This document shows, piece by piece, positions 1 to 9,585 of a stretch of 64,000 nucleotides of DNA (its first letter is position 1; the number at the start of each line of letters is the position of its first letter). The translations under genes and the position numbers were made by a program. Source of the DNA: an uncultured Gammaproteobacteria bacterium (GTDB taxonomy: Bacteria > Patescibacteriota > Microgenomatia > Levybacterales > GWA1-39-11); assembly GCA_964511305.1 (NCBI GenBank), contig CAZEEU010000001.1, positions 127,214 through 191,213 of the forward strand. The letters are read 5' to 3'. The notes beneath the pieces are model-generated. The model worked only from the letters and a program-made list of their open reading frames with translations, ran no database searches and was not told the DNA's origin.

Positions 1-81
1 CCACACAAAAAAAGTCGGATTTCTTTTATGCAGCAAAAAAGCTAGAAATATTATAAAAATGATGTCCTGAATTTTTGGCAT
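1..81 (-). CDS. Partial small membrane protein (N-terminus; runs off the window)
   Basis: ATG at 81, 2 nt after the stop of the upstream gene. Reads MPKIQDIIFIIFLAFLLHKRNPTFFVW with no stop. Not in the ORF track. Confidence 0.6.
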   Translation of the reverse strand, partial: MPKIQDIIFIIFLAFLLHKRNPTFFVW

Positions 82-83
82 AT

Positions 84-1259
84 TTATCTAAGAAAGATTT
101 TAAGAATATTTTTTTTGTCTTTTTCAGTAAGTTCTGGATTGTTGCCAATATACAATCCCCTCTCATGTGCAATCTGAGCGTTCTCCATTTTGAAATTCTT
201 TTCCGCCGTATACTTTTTAAAAAATGGCTGCGCAGTAATATCGCCACCAACAATCGGACGTATCTCAATTTTACCATCACATATGCTTACTAGCTCGTCT
301 CTTAATTTTTGGCTTTTACAAATTATCGGAATTGCAAAATTTGAAAGTAAATCCATATGGTCATAATAAATTGGCAGGTAATAATCTTTTTGTTGATATA
401 TCTTAAGAGCAACTTCAAGAAAGTTCTTGTTTCTTTTTTTTATAATTTCTTCAAGAAATGACAGCTGCACATTTCCAAGAAATCCATTTATTTCAGTGGG
501 TCGTAAGTTGTAACCGAGATCATAAAATGTGTATCTTGAATAAAATGTAGAATTAACCTTATATTTATTCCTCATTTTAGTCTGTTTGGCTACTGAAAGA
601 TTCCTATCCCATCCATGAGCCCTAACAATTCGCAACTGGTGAGCTAAATCTCCATTATCAGTACAAATTGCACCTCCTTCGATTGTTGACATATGATGTC
701 CTACATAAAAAGAGTTTGTGCTCGCAAAACCATAATTTCCTAATTTCATACCTTTATAAACACTCCCCAGCGACTCACAGTTGTCCTCAAGAAGAATTAT
801 TTTTTCTTTTCTGCAAAAGTCATAAATCTTGTCGATGTCATCGCAAAAGCCTAAAGTATTGGTTAAAAAGAGGGCCTTAAGTTTATGTTTTTTTGTAGCT
901 TCAATGAATTTTGCAGAGGAGACATTTAATGTATTAAGTTCTATGTCAATTGGTATAGGCGTTAGTCCAAGCTCAATTATTGGCATTACATTGGTTGACC
1001 AAGTAAGTGCTGAAAAGGCGACGTTATCTCCTTTTCTTAACTTACCAAGATTAAGTAATGCTTGTATAAGTGCTAAGTTTGCAGAACTTCCACTATTAAC
1101 AAATACACAATATTTCCTCTCTTGGAAGTGAGCAAACTTTTTTTCAAATTTTTCACATTCTGCGCCAAAGCTTAATTGCTTGGCGCTTCCTACAAAACTC
1201 TGCAATGCTTTGATAGTTGCCGGTTCTTTATAAAAAGTAGACTTGACGAGCTTTATCAT
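84..1259 (-). CDS. DegT/DnrJ/EryC1/StrS-family PLP enzyme, ColD-like (GDP-4-keto-6-deoxymannose 3-dehydratase type)
   Basis: VNSGSSAN, EDNCES, SFYVGHHMSTIEGG (His where aminotransferases have Lys), RAHGWDR, GYNLRPTE, IEIRPIVGG. Confidence 0.85.
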   Translation of the reverse strand: MIKLVKSTFYKEPATIKALQSFVGSAKQLSFGAECEKFEKKFAHFQERKYCVFVNSGSSANLALIQALLNLGKLRKGDNVAFSALTWSTNVMPIIELGLTPIPIDIELNTLNVSSAKFIEATKKHKLKALFLTNTLGFCDDIDKIYDFCRKEKIILLEDNCESLGSVYKGMKLGNYGFASTNSFYVGHHMSTIEGGAICTDNGDLAHQLRIVRAHGWDRNLSVAKQTKMRNKYKVNSTFYSRYTFYDLGYNLRPTEINGFLGNVQLSFLEEIIKKRNKNFLEVALKIYQQKDYYLPIYYDHMDLLSNFAIPIICKSQKLRDELVSICDGKIEIRPIVGGDITAQPFFKKYTAEKNFKMENAQIAHERGLYIGNNPELTEKDKKNILKIFLR

Positions 1260-3139
1260 GATTTCCGAATACGAACGTATGGGACAGTAACATAAGCCAA
1301 AAAGATTATGATCGAAATAATACTTATAGGCAACAGCATTTTTATATATTTTTGCGGCTCGTAATACAGTTTTGCTTTAGAGGAATCTGTTGGCAAATCA
1401 AAACTGTTAATTCCTTGGTAGTTGCTTGATTTTATAGCTTTACCATTAATATCTAGGGTCCAATATGGAGAATACGATTCTGAGAATAATAAAGTGCCGT
1501 TTTTACTATCAGCAAAATTTAACTCGTATTCTGTAGCAGTTATATTTTCTGACTTGACTTGTGAAATGCTGTTCAGGATGCTGAATCTATTTCGATATCC
1601 TGTATTTTCAAAAACGGCGATCTTACCAAAATTTTTAACCTTTTTAAGATATTTAATTTTATCTATCTTTTCAATGACATTTAAATAATTCTTCTGTGAA
1701 TATTTATGGTCATCTATAAATATTTCACCCTCACTATCAAAAGGTACAATTACATATTTTATAGAGTATAAATCGAGCTTACCATTCAGATTGGGCAATT
1801 CTTTCAGAATAGTTACTGGATCATTTTTAGAGAATAATTCCCCTCGACCAATTGCAGGACTCACTGTTGAGAAGTACCCATATCGTTGCCACTGGGGAAT
1901 CCATAATGTCCTAAATGACTCTTTCTGATCAATAATGAAATCTGAAAGCTGTTTGTATTCTTTTGGCACCTCTCTCATGCGTGGTATATTTACCTGTCCA
2001 TAAAAAATAAATCGATTCAAAAATATCCAATACATTACAAACAAAACCATAAGAATTTTAAGGCTAATAAATTTCAATTGCTTTTTTGAATGAAAATAAG
2101 AACTTATACAATTGATGCCAGAAGGGATTAATAATGAATAGGCAAAGGCAATAAGCATATAAAACTTTGTAGAATCGCGAAACGCACCAAAACCAGGAAT
2201 ACTATCGTATAAAAATTCATATACTTTTCCGAATGGCTCATTTGTTCCCTTAGCCAAAAATATGCCCACCAACGAAATCAACGTCAATACTATTATCTGA
2301 TTTCTTTCTTTTAGCTTTGCTTTCAATCCAAGCAGTGGAACGAAAGCAAGTATTGGAAGTAATAAAAATTCTGACTTTACAAAAGATACTTTCCCAAAAA
2401 TATTATCAGGCCAATTAGGATGAAGTAGAGATATAGAATTTTCAAGGTGTGCAAAGCTAAAAAAGCTAGCAGATCCAGTAACACCACTGCCTACACTCTT
2501 TTGCGCAAATAAAATAAGTGGCACTATCCAAAATAGGTGACTTAAAAATATAACTCCTATTGCAGTCAGCATCAACATGATTGTATCTTTAACTACAATT
2601 TTTCTTAAAAATATAAAAACAAAGAATAGCAGAAAAAGGCCAACTGCAAAGATACGTGGGTCAAATAGAGTGAGAAGAGACGAAACAAGTCCAAAAGTAA
2701 TCGATCTTCTCAGCGAATATTTTTCAATCGCATTTATAAATGTCAAAACCATAAAAGGAAGCAATGAATATGCAAAAGCTACGCCAAGTTGTCCTCCAAA
2801 AAATATTAAGAGAAAATACGTATTCGTTGAGAAAATGAGTCCAGCAATAATTGCTAGGTAGTTGTTGATAGAAAATATTTTTTTAAATAAATAGAAACCC
2901 CCGAGAAAAGAACTAATAGAGATAGGCAAAATCCATAATAAAATACTAGCCCAAAGCCATCCCATTCCAAGTTGTGAAATTGTTGCAGTAAGATTTAGAT
3001 AGCTTGTAATCCATAGAGTATTTATAGACTGAATTCCCAATCCGCTATTTAAAGATGAATCCCATGAAGATGGAATGCCAACAAATGAGGCTAGGCTGTC
3101 TTGCCAAAAGAATCTCCAGTCTCCTCTTATAATATCCAT
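1256..3139 (-). CDS. Polytopic membrane protein, GT-C-type glycosyltransferase candidate with YfhO-like C-terminal module
   Basis: 627 aa, many hydrophobic segments, GDW near the N-terminus, GAFRDSTKF, C-terminal ESYSPYW..ING followed by a final TM helix. Confidence 0.65.
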   Translation of the reverse strand: MDIIRGDWRFFWQDSLASFVGIPSSWDSSLNSGLGIQSINTLWITSYLNLTATISQLGMGWLWASILLWILPISISSFLGGFYLFKKIFSINNYLAIIAGLIFSTNTYFLLIFFGGQLGVAFAYSLLPFMVLTFINAIEKYSLRRSITFGLVSSLLTLFDPRIFAVGLFLLFFVFIFLRKIVVKDTIMLMLTAIGVIFLSHLFWIVPLILFAQKSVGSGVTGSASFFSFAHLENSISLLHPNWPDNIFGKVSFVKSEFLLLPILAFVPLLGLKAKLKERNQIIVLTLISLVGIFLAKGTNEPFGKVYEFLYDSIPGFGAFRDSTKFYMLIAFAYSLLIPSGINCISSYFHSKKQLKFISLKILMVLFVMYWIFLNRFIFYGQVNIPRMREVPKEYKQLSDFIIDQKESFRTLWIPQWQRYGYFSTVSPAIGRGELFSKNDPVTILKELPNLNGKLDLYSIKYVIVPFDSEGEIFIDDHKYSQKNYLNVIEKIDKIKYLKKVKNFGKIAVFENTGYRNRFSILNSISQVKSENITATEYELNFADSKNGTLLFSESYSPYWTLDINGKAIKSSNYQGINSFDLPTDSSKAKLYYEPQKYIKMLLPISIISIIIFLAYVTVPYVRIRKS

Positions 3140-3454
3140 TTATTTGCTTTTAACCTCACGAAGGCATAACACAATGTATAGCACTGTAAGAAAGTATCCT
3201 AATATACTAACTTGCTCTGCATAATAAGTTTTTGAGAATGCAACAAAAAAATAATTAAGACCAAATGATATCAACCCGAAGAGCAGTATTTTCTCAGAAG
3301 AAGGTCTAAATAGAACAAGTGCGCTAATAACAAAGGAGAATAGAACTACCCCATCAAAAAAAGTACTAACAATATTTATATACGGCAATCGAATAAGGAA
3401 AGAAACAATGACTGCAATTAGAATAGATACTATGAATTTAACAACTGTTTTCAT
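3140..3454 (-). CDS. Small ~4-TM hypothetical membrane protein
   Basis: 104 aa, almost fully hydrophobic; 4-nt overlap with the upstream gene and stop abutting the next ATG. Confidence 0.75.
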   Translation of the reverse strand: MKTVVKFIVSILIAVIVSFLIRLPYINIVSTFFDGVVLFSFVISALVLFRPSSEKILLFGLISFGLNYFFVAFSKTYYAEQVSILGYFLTVLYIVLCLREVKSK

Positions 3455-6400
3455 TTTGCTTTTTTCTGCCTAGATATAACAAGTATTACAAGTGATGCCA
3501 AAAAAGTAGTTACAGAAATAATGCACCCGTATAAAAATAGTTCTTGAATACGGTATTCAATAGTAAGTTTTGTCGTACCAGAGGGGATGACCCAACCATT
3601 TGCATAACCATTTACTTGTATGTGCTTTGTCCCAGGCTTTGTAGCCCAATTGTCATTATATGACTGACCCATTACAAATATACTTTTCTTATCTTGGTGC
3701 ATTGGACTCATTATGTACTGCGTGTTGCTTCTTTTTACTGGCATAACACTCATACTAGACACGTTATTTTTATTGCTGACGAAAATGATGTCAGGAATTG
3801 CAACTTTACTCATAACTAAATCACTAACTTCTACGTCTGACTTGCCGTAGCCCTCTAAGCTTTCCCTATTACAAATTACTAAATGAAATCCATTATTACC
3901 AGGTGAGGCATATGTTGTTTCATATGAATTAGACTTTAGTTGAGAGGTTAATACGTCAATACTCTGAGCACTCATTACCGACTTTCCCTTAGGAACAAAC
4001 GCAACAAAGAATTTATCATCTACCTCTTTTCGCAAATGATTAAAAGTAACTTTATATATATCGTTTCTTTCGGAAAGCACCGCCTGAGAATAATAACAAC
4101 CATCTTTCATGGCTTTTAGATCTAGGGCTTTATTACCTTCAATCAAATTCTTTTTTTGCTGCTTCAGAACAACTCTATTTTTTCCCTTTTCAAGATTGTG
4201 AGATCCCAAATCGTACCAGCCATTGTATTTGTTAACGACTAGCGTACTTTTACCATCTGCATTTATACCAAGATCTACAGATTCTCCAATTTCAATATTG
4301 TCATTGGGTCGATAATAAACTTGATAAGTATTTTTTTCTGGAGAATTTACCAAAAGTCTTTTCTCTTCCTCGGTGCTTGTTCTCCAGGTTCTTGTGTCAA
4401 TCAAGTTCCAATTTATTTGAAGTGCATTGGCAAGACCCAGAAGCTTTGGCTGATAATTAGGGTACTTCTCAATAATTTGCCTGATAATAACTTGTTGCGT
4501 CCTTATGTAGCTTAGAAGATCAATTAAATTGTCGTTAGTAAAACTGTGTTTTGAATTTATCAATGTAGACGTTAATTCTTCTGAGGTTCCTGTAGCCTCA
4601 TTTATAATTCTTAAAATTATTCTATCCTCCTCAGCACTATCAAGACTTTTTTGAATACCCATAATATCTCTGAGTGTTTTTTGTGAATAAAATATGGATA
4701 ATTCTACAGGCTTTTTCTTAAGTTGAGCTTCCTGCTTTAGCTGCTGATTCTGAATATAAAAATATAAAACAGATCCTTGTGTAATTGTTGGAATATATTG
4801 CAAAGTGTTAATAAATTTCCACTGCAAGTTACAAGTGATGCACATGCTGTCTAAGTAATAATTAGTCGGGGCTAGTCCAATATTTTTGTAAGGCAAATCG
4901 TCCTTAAAGAGAACCTCAGGCTGTGATGCATTGAAATTCGGTAGGGTTACTATTTTTCCAAATGTGTTTGTATCGCCCCCGATATAAGAATACGAATCGC
5001 TGTTTGTAAAATTCCCCTCACTTTGATAAAAATCATATACTTCCCATTTACCAAAAGTTTTAACTTCCCCCAAGTTCTTTGAGCTGAGAGCTGCTTTGAA
5101 CCGATCAGGACTAACCGATGGAGAATTTGGATTATCCCAGACAAAGTCATTTCTAAGAATAAAAGATTGAATGCCCAGTATTTTTGCTAAATTTTGCCAA
5201 CCTTCTTCATTTTTTTCCATCATGCCGTACAACTTCGACAATAAAGCGTCTTCGTCCTTGGACATATAGAGACTGTTATTTAAGATGGGTGAATCAGTTA
5301 ATAAAGTAGTTATAGGCGCAAGACTCCAATAACCCCAAGCGTATTGCTCTACCTTGCCATCCGCATTAGGTGGAGGAAGCATTAACGTTTTTTTATCGCC
5401 TCTTGTTGCACTACCACTCCATTTCCCAAAATCATATATGTACTGTGGCACTTCAACCCTATTTGACTGCTTTCCTTTTATATAGTCGAAAAATGAACCA
5501 TTTAAAAATGGGTAACTATAAAGAACTATTCCACAACAAAAAATTAAGTAAAAAAGATAAGCAGCTTTTGGTTTTTTATGTGCAATTTTTACTGCAACAA
5601 AATTAACAAAAAATCCTAATAAGACTGCGTAGGCAAGCCAGAGTGAAGGGGAGAATTTATAGAAAGGGTTACGAAAGGCAATGAATCCCGGGACGTACTT
5701 CATAAGCATTATGTATAAAGCCCCAAATGGTGGATGAGCACCAGCTACAAAAACAAGACTTACGACAGCAAGAAAAGCAAAAAATAATAGGATTTTACGC
5801 TCCGTTTTTTTCTTGTACAAAAGTAATGTTATGAATGCTGCTACTGGTATTAAAGAACTTATTAAAATCAGAAACGGATTATGCAAGAATACGTTTGCAT
5901 ACGGATGACTTGGATTTTGATACCACTCTGGCACTCCCTGAAGTCTAATTAAATTGCTATATGAACTATTTTCACTTACATATTTAACCCAATCTAAAAT
6001 TCCATCCTGGCCTCCAAAAAAGTCCACTGACTGACTGTAGGAAGTTTTTAAGGAACTTCCAAATGGAATTAACCAATACGAATGCAGCAACACGCTAAAT
6101 AAAAGAACAGTTCCAAAAAGCTTTGACAACATTAAAAGTCTTTTTCCTGATGCCTCTTGAATAAAGTAATATATGACAAACACAAGCAAGGAGATAATAA
6201 CTCCTCCAAAAAGAGGAAGACTGGCAAGTCCGTTCAGAAGAAAAAATATTAACGCTATAAGAATGCCAGTTGTCAGTGTTTTTCTTTTTCCTTCATTCCA
6301 ATCCAAAAGTAGTGCAATCATGAGGGGAAGCGCTGCGTACACTGAAAATTTAGTTCTCTCAGCAACAAACCATCCCTGCAATAAAAAGTGATTTATCATG

Positions 6401-6786
6401 TAGAAAATTGCAACAGGAAGGCTGAAGAATTTTAGCTTTAGCTTGTCCTCTATCTTTGTTGCCAGGTAGTACATCGACAGACCAGGCAGCACGAACCAGA
6501 AAATAAAAGTGATTTTCTGCATAGATTGCAAGCCAAATCCAGCATATGTGACCACTGCTTCAAGTCCGTGAATGAATATTCCGGGAAGTGCGTACGTCTG
6601 ATCATTACCAAACCCGAATCTGACTGTCCATGTATAGAGTCTGTCCAGAAAATGCGGGATAGGAGCCAATGGAAGGCCAGCATCATGCCCTAAAATAACC
6701 TGTGATTGCCCAAACCAAAGCAATGGGATCAAACCCAAAAGAAGAATTATGAGTATCTCTATTCTACGTTGACTGATAAATTTCAT
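3451..6786 (-). CDS. Large GT-C membrane protein (AftD/DUF3367-like) with a long extracytoplasmic region
   Basis: 1111 aa; N-terminal multi-TM block with GHD after TM1 and AFRNPFYKF; ~650-aa soluble region; NGYANGW then a C-terminal TM. Confidence 0.7.
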   Translation of the reverse strand: MKFISQRRIEILIILLLGLIPLLWFGQSQVILGHDAGLPLAPIPHFLDRLYTWTVRFGFGNDQTYALPGIFIHGLEAVVTYAGFGLQSMQKITFIFWFVLPGLSMYYLATKIEDKLKLKFFSLPVAIFYMINHFLLQGWFVAERTKFSVYAALPLMIALLLDWNEGKRKTLTTGILIALIFFLLNGLASLPLFGGVIISLLVFVIYYFIQEASGKRLLMLSKLFGTVLLFSVLLHSYWLIPFGSSLKTSYSQSVDFFGGQDGILDWVKYVSENSSYSNLIRLQGVPEWYQNPSHPYANVFLHNPFLILISSLIPVAAFITLLLYKKKTERKILLFFAFLAVVSLVFVAGAHPPFGALYIMLMKYVPGFIAFRNPFYKFSPSLWLAYAVLLGFFVNFVAVKIAHKKPKAAYLFYLIFCCGIVLYSYPFLNGSFFDYIKGKQSNRVEVPQYIYDFGKWSGSATRGDKKTLMLPPPNADGKVEQYAWGYWSLAPITTLLTDSPILNNSLYMSKDEDALLSKLYGMMEKNEEGWQNLAKILGIQSFILRNDFVWDNPNSPSVSPDRFKAALSSKNLGEVKTFGKWEVYDFYQSEGNFTNSDSYSYIGGDTNTFGKIVTLPNFNASQPEVLFKDDLPYKNIGLAPTNYYLDSMCITCNLQWKFINTLQYIPTITQGSVLYFYIQNQQLKQEAQLKKKPVELSIFYSQKTLRDIMGIQKSLDSAEEDRIILRIINEATGTSEELTSTLINSKHSFTNDNLIDLLSYIRTQQVIIRQIIEKYPNYQPKLLGLANALQINWNLIDTRTWRTSTEEEKRLLVNSPEKNTYQVYYRPNDNIEIGESVDLGINADGKSTLVVNKYNGWYDLGSHNLEKGKNRVVLKQQKKNLIEGNKALDLKAMKDGCYYSQAVLSERNDIYKVTFNHLRKEVDDKFFVAFVPKGKSVMSAQSIDVLTSQLKSNSYETTYASPGNNGFHLVICNRESLEGYGKSDVEVSDLVMSKVAIPDIIFVSNKNNVSSMSVMPVKRSNTQYIMSPMHQDKKSIFVMGQSYNDNWATKPGTKHIQVNGYANGWVIPSGTTKLTIEYRIQELFLYGCIISVTTFLASLVILVISRQKKAK

Positions 6787-7457
6787 TTGGTACCAATAAA
6801 ATAAATTGGACTGTTAAGGTATGGGAGAGGAATTGCAAAAGGTATTATGACCTGAAACCTCTTGTTGTATCTGTAAAAAAATGGAATGAGTGTGAATCTG
6901 TGATATTGCACATTCTTAAACCCGACCTTCTTCATGATAGCTACCCATGCTTGAGGATATTTAACATTGATATGTGTAGGGTCACGAAAGTTCCATTTAT
7001 AAGGATAGGGTGTTGAGATAACTGCCTTACCTTTAGCTTCCAATGCTTCATAAATATTTTGAATTCCTTTTTCTGGATTTTCTAAATGCTCCACTACCTC
7101 AAAAGCAATAATGTAATCAAATTTAACAGGTAACGTTATCTTTTTCTGGATATCGATGACACTAAATTTTACATTTGGAGTAAGCTTTTTGGCTTTCTTA
7201 ACCGCGTATTCAGATATATCACTTGCGTAGACATCAAATCCCTTTTCGACCAACAAACTTGAGACCGCACCGATAGAGCACCCTATCTCTAAAATCTTTT
7301 TGCCATTTCCCTTTTTTAGAGGAATATATTCTCCAAGCTTTTCAATCCAAGCAAAGAACCAACGTCGAGATAATTCCAAATCTTCCTTACTAAAATTTCC
7401 AACTGCACTCTTGTACCAACCTTTAAAGTACGTCTCCTCAAATTTATTTTTCGGCAT
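6783..7457 (-). CDS. Class I SAM-dependent methyltransferase
   Basis: ILEIGCSIG, SDIS, FDYIIAFEVVEHL, STP, DPTH. Confidence 0.9.
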   Translation of the reverse strand: MPKNKFEETYFKGWYKSAVGNFSKEDLELSRRWFFAWIEKLGEYIPLKKGNGKKILEIGCSIGAVSSLLVEKGFDVYASDISEYAVKKAKKLTPNVKFSVIDIQKKITLPVKFDYIIAFEVVEHLENPEKGIQNIYEALEAKGKAVISTPYPYKWNFRDPTHINVKYPQAWVAIMKKVGFKNVQYHRFTLIPFFYRYNKRFQVIIPFAIPLPYLNSPIYFIGTK

Positions 7458-7518
7458 ATCTTGATAAGATTATACATAATATTAACCTATTTACTATCTG
7501 TTAATTGTCGAAAATAAG

Positions 7519-9585
7519 TTAATTATTGTAGCGAAGGGTTTTAATAATAAGTTCGATAAATTCATTCTTGCCAAGACTCGCATCGTCTTTGGTACTATTT
7601 TCAAATTCATCTCCAACCGTTTCAATTCGAATATAAGAAGACCCATCGTATTGAGGAACGAAATAAACCGGGTACTTACCAGTAAGTACATATAGACAAG
7701 TGACCGTACCGTAATTCTCGTTAGTAATATTTACGAGTCTCCAATTCTGACCAATCGTTTGTCCGTCGCTATCGGTGAGCGTTTGAACAAAATCGTGAAA
7801 GTATGATTTATTATCCTTTGAGAACATTGCAACACGAATTATCGAACCTTTGGTTAGTTCTATATAGTTAAGCAATCTCGACTGTTCAGAATAGTTAGGG
7901 TCTATTTTAAATGAAAATTTCTCAAGCTCCTCTTTCTTCCAGTTTCTTGTAATGATTCTGTCACCAACCTCGTTCTTATACTCAGGCAAGAAGGTTTCCG
8001 TTATATTTATTAACCTGTTTTCTTTTCCATCCCAAGAATAAGCCTTTATATCCCCTTCACTTATGTTATTTTTTAATCCATCTTTAAATAGATCCTCACG
8101 ATTTAAATAATAACCAAATGATAGATTTTTATCTTTAAAATACCAGCTTTTATTTAATGGGATTTTCTGTAGAGATCTTGTACTAACAAATTGAGGACCA
8201 AGCTCTCCTTTATTAAAGTACTGGATTGCTAGGACCTGCCCAAGGTTAGTTTGGAATGGGGGAATCTGTGCGAATCCATAATAACCTTGATTACTTTCTA
8301 TCAAAAAAACAGTATTGGCGCTTAAGTTTTTTGAATCAGACTGAATTGAATTTATTATTTGTTTGCGCACTATGCCGGTCTGCTCGTAAGGAGTGAGTAT
8401 CTGCTGCAACGTAAAATAACTGGAAATAAGAAAAAGCATTATTACCAAACAATAAATTGCAATGACCTTCCACTTGATGTCTTTTCTTAATTTCGAATGA
8501 ATAAATTTACCAACACCTATAAATATGAAAGACCATGCTACCGAAACCAGGTATAAATATCTTGAATCTATAATTAAAAATTCGATTTTATAAGAGGAAT
8601 AAAGGGATGTTAGAAGTACGATGAAGGCATTAACAAATATCATTGCCATTCCAATAAGAATGATTTTTGACTCACTCCTTCTTCGTTCTTTAAAGCAGAA
8701 AACTGAAATCAATATGGCCATAGCGAAAATGACTATATGTACCGATTCATGAGTTGCCAAGCTAATCTGCTTATTTAGAGTCGAGTAAGACACTAAATCC
8801 TGCAACGCCATGTTTGAGAAGATTTGAATGTAGTTTTGAAAAGTATCCATCCCAATATGTAACTTATTTTGGAATATTTCCCCAGCAACAAAAAACTTTG
8901 GCAATATAAATCTAAAAAGAAAATAAACAATTGCCAAAACAGAGATTGCCTTAATAACTTTTCTGAAAGATCTAGAATCCAAAAGGTAGGTTATGAGTGG
9001 AATTAGAACAAAAAGCACTACTGCATTTTCTTTTATAAGAAGCGCGCCAACAAAGGAACCCAAAGATATAACAATTTGATTTTTTTTCTTTTGAAAACTT
9101 CCAAGAAGAGCCAGCAAAGAAATTAAAATTAGAGAGGTAGACAAAAGGTCATATATAGTAACCATAGGCCACGTTACTGCTTGAAAATGACTTACGTTAA
9201 TCGCCAGAAACAGTGAGGCAAAAAAGGCTAACCCACTACTTACTTTAAGTGCACGACAGAGCTTAAATAATAAAAGGCAGTTTAACGCATGAAGTAACAG
9301 TCCTAGAAGAATATACCAAGTAAAATTAAGCCTAAAGATTAAGATACTTACAAACCAAAGCAGGCTCTGCAAGGGGACGACGTGACCTCCGCCTGAGATC
9401 CAATAAGCATCTACTATGGATTTACTTAATGAATGAAACAGTCCAATTAAAGGATTGGTAACAAGTGGAAAGTATTCAGAAAAGTAGAACCATTCATCCC
9501 CTTGAAAATAAAATGAAAATGCTTTGTGATAGTAAATTAGAATTAGAATCAGAAAAGCAAAGAAAGAAAGTACTATTCTCTTCAT
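7519..9585 (-). CDS. GT-C-type polytopic membrane protein with C-terminal soluble domains
   Basis: FQGDEW acidic motif after TM1, LLIKEN, RYLY; ~11 hydrophobic segments then ~290 soluble aa. Confidence 0.65.
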   Translation of the reverse strand: MKRIVLSFFAFLILILIYYHKAFSFYFQGDEWFYFSEYFPLVTNPLIGLFHSLSKSIVDAYWISGGGHVVPLQSLLWFVSILIFRLNFTWYILLGLLLHALNCLLLFKLCRALKVSSGLAFFASLFLAINVSHFQAVTWPMVTIYDLLSTSLILISLLALLGSFQKKKNQIVISLGSFVGALLIKENAVVLFVLIPLITYLLDSRSFRKVIKAISVLAIVYFLFRFILPKFFVAGEIFQNKLHIGMDTFQNYIQIFSNMALQDLVSYSTLNKQISLATHESVHIVIFAMAILISVFCFKERRRSESKIILIGMAMIFVNAFIVLLTSLYSSYKIEFLIIDSRYLYLVSVAWSFIFIGVGKFIHSKLRKDIKWKVIAIYCLVIMLFLISSYFTLQQILTPYEQTGIVRKQIINSIQSDSKNLSANTVFLIESNQGYYGFAQIPPFQTNLGQVLAIQYFNKGELGPQFVSTRSLQKIPLNKSWYFKDKNLSFGYYLNREDLFKDGLKNNISEGDIKAYSWDGKENRLINITETFLPEYKNEVGDRIITRNWKKEELEKFSFKIDPNYSEQSRLLNYIELTKGSIIRVAMFSKDNKSYFHDFVQTLTDSDGQTIGQNWRLVNITNENYGTVTCLYVLTGKYPVYFVPQYDGSSYIRIETVGDEFENSTKDDASLGKNEFIELIIKTLRYNN

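Noticed and set aside
1256-3454. Split gene (104-aa ORF plus 627-aa ORF as one pseudogene)
   Set aside because: The TAA-ATG junction is in frame, but the same abutting arrangement occurs between intact genes here (26814/26815, 29584/29585). Not fully excluded, as the 627-aa protein seems to lack a first TM.
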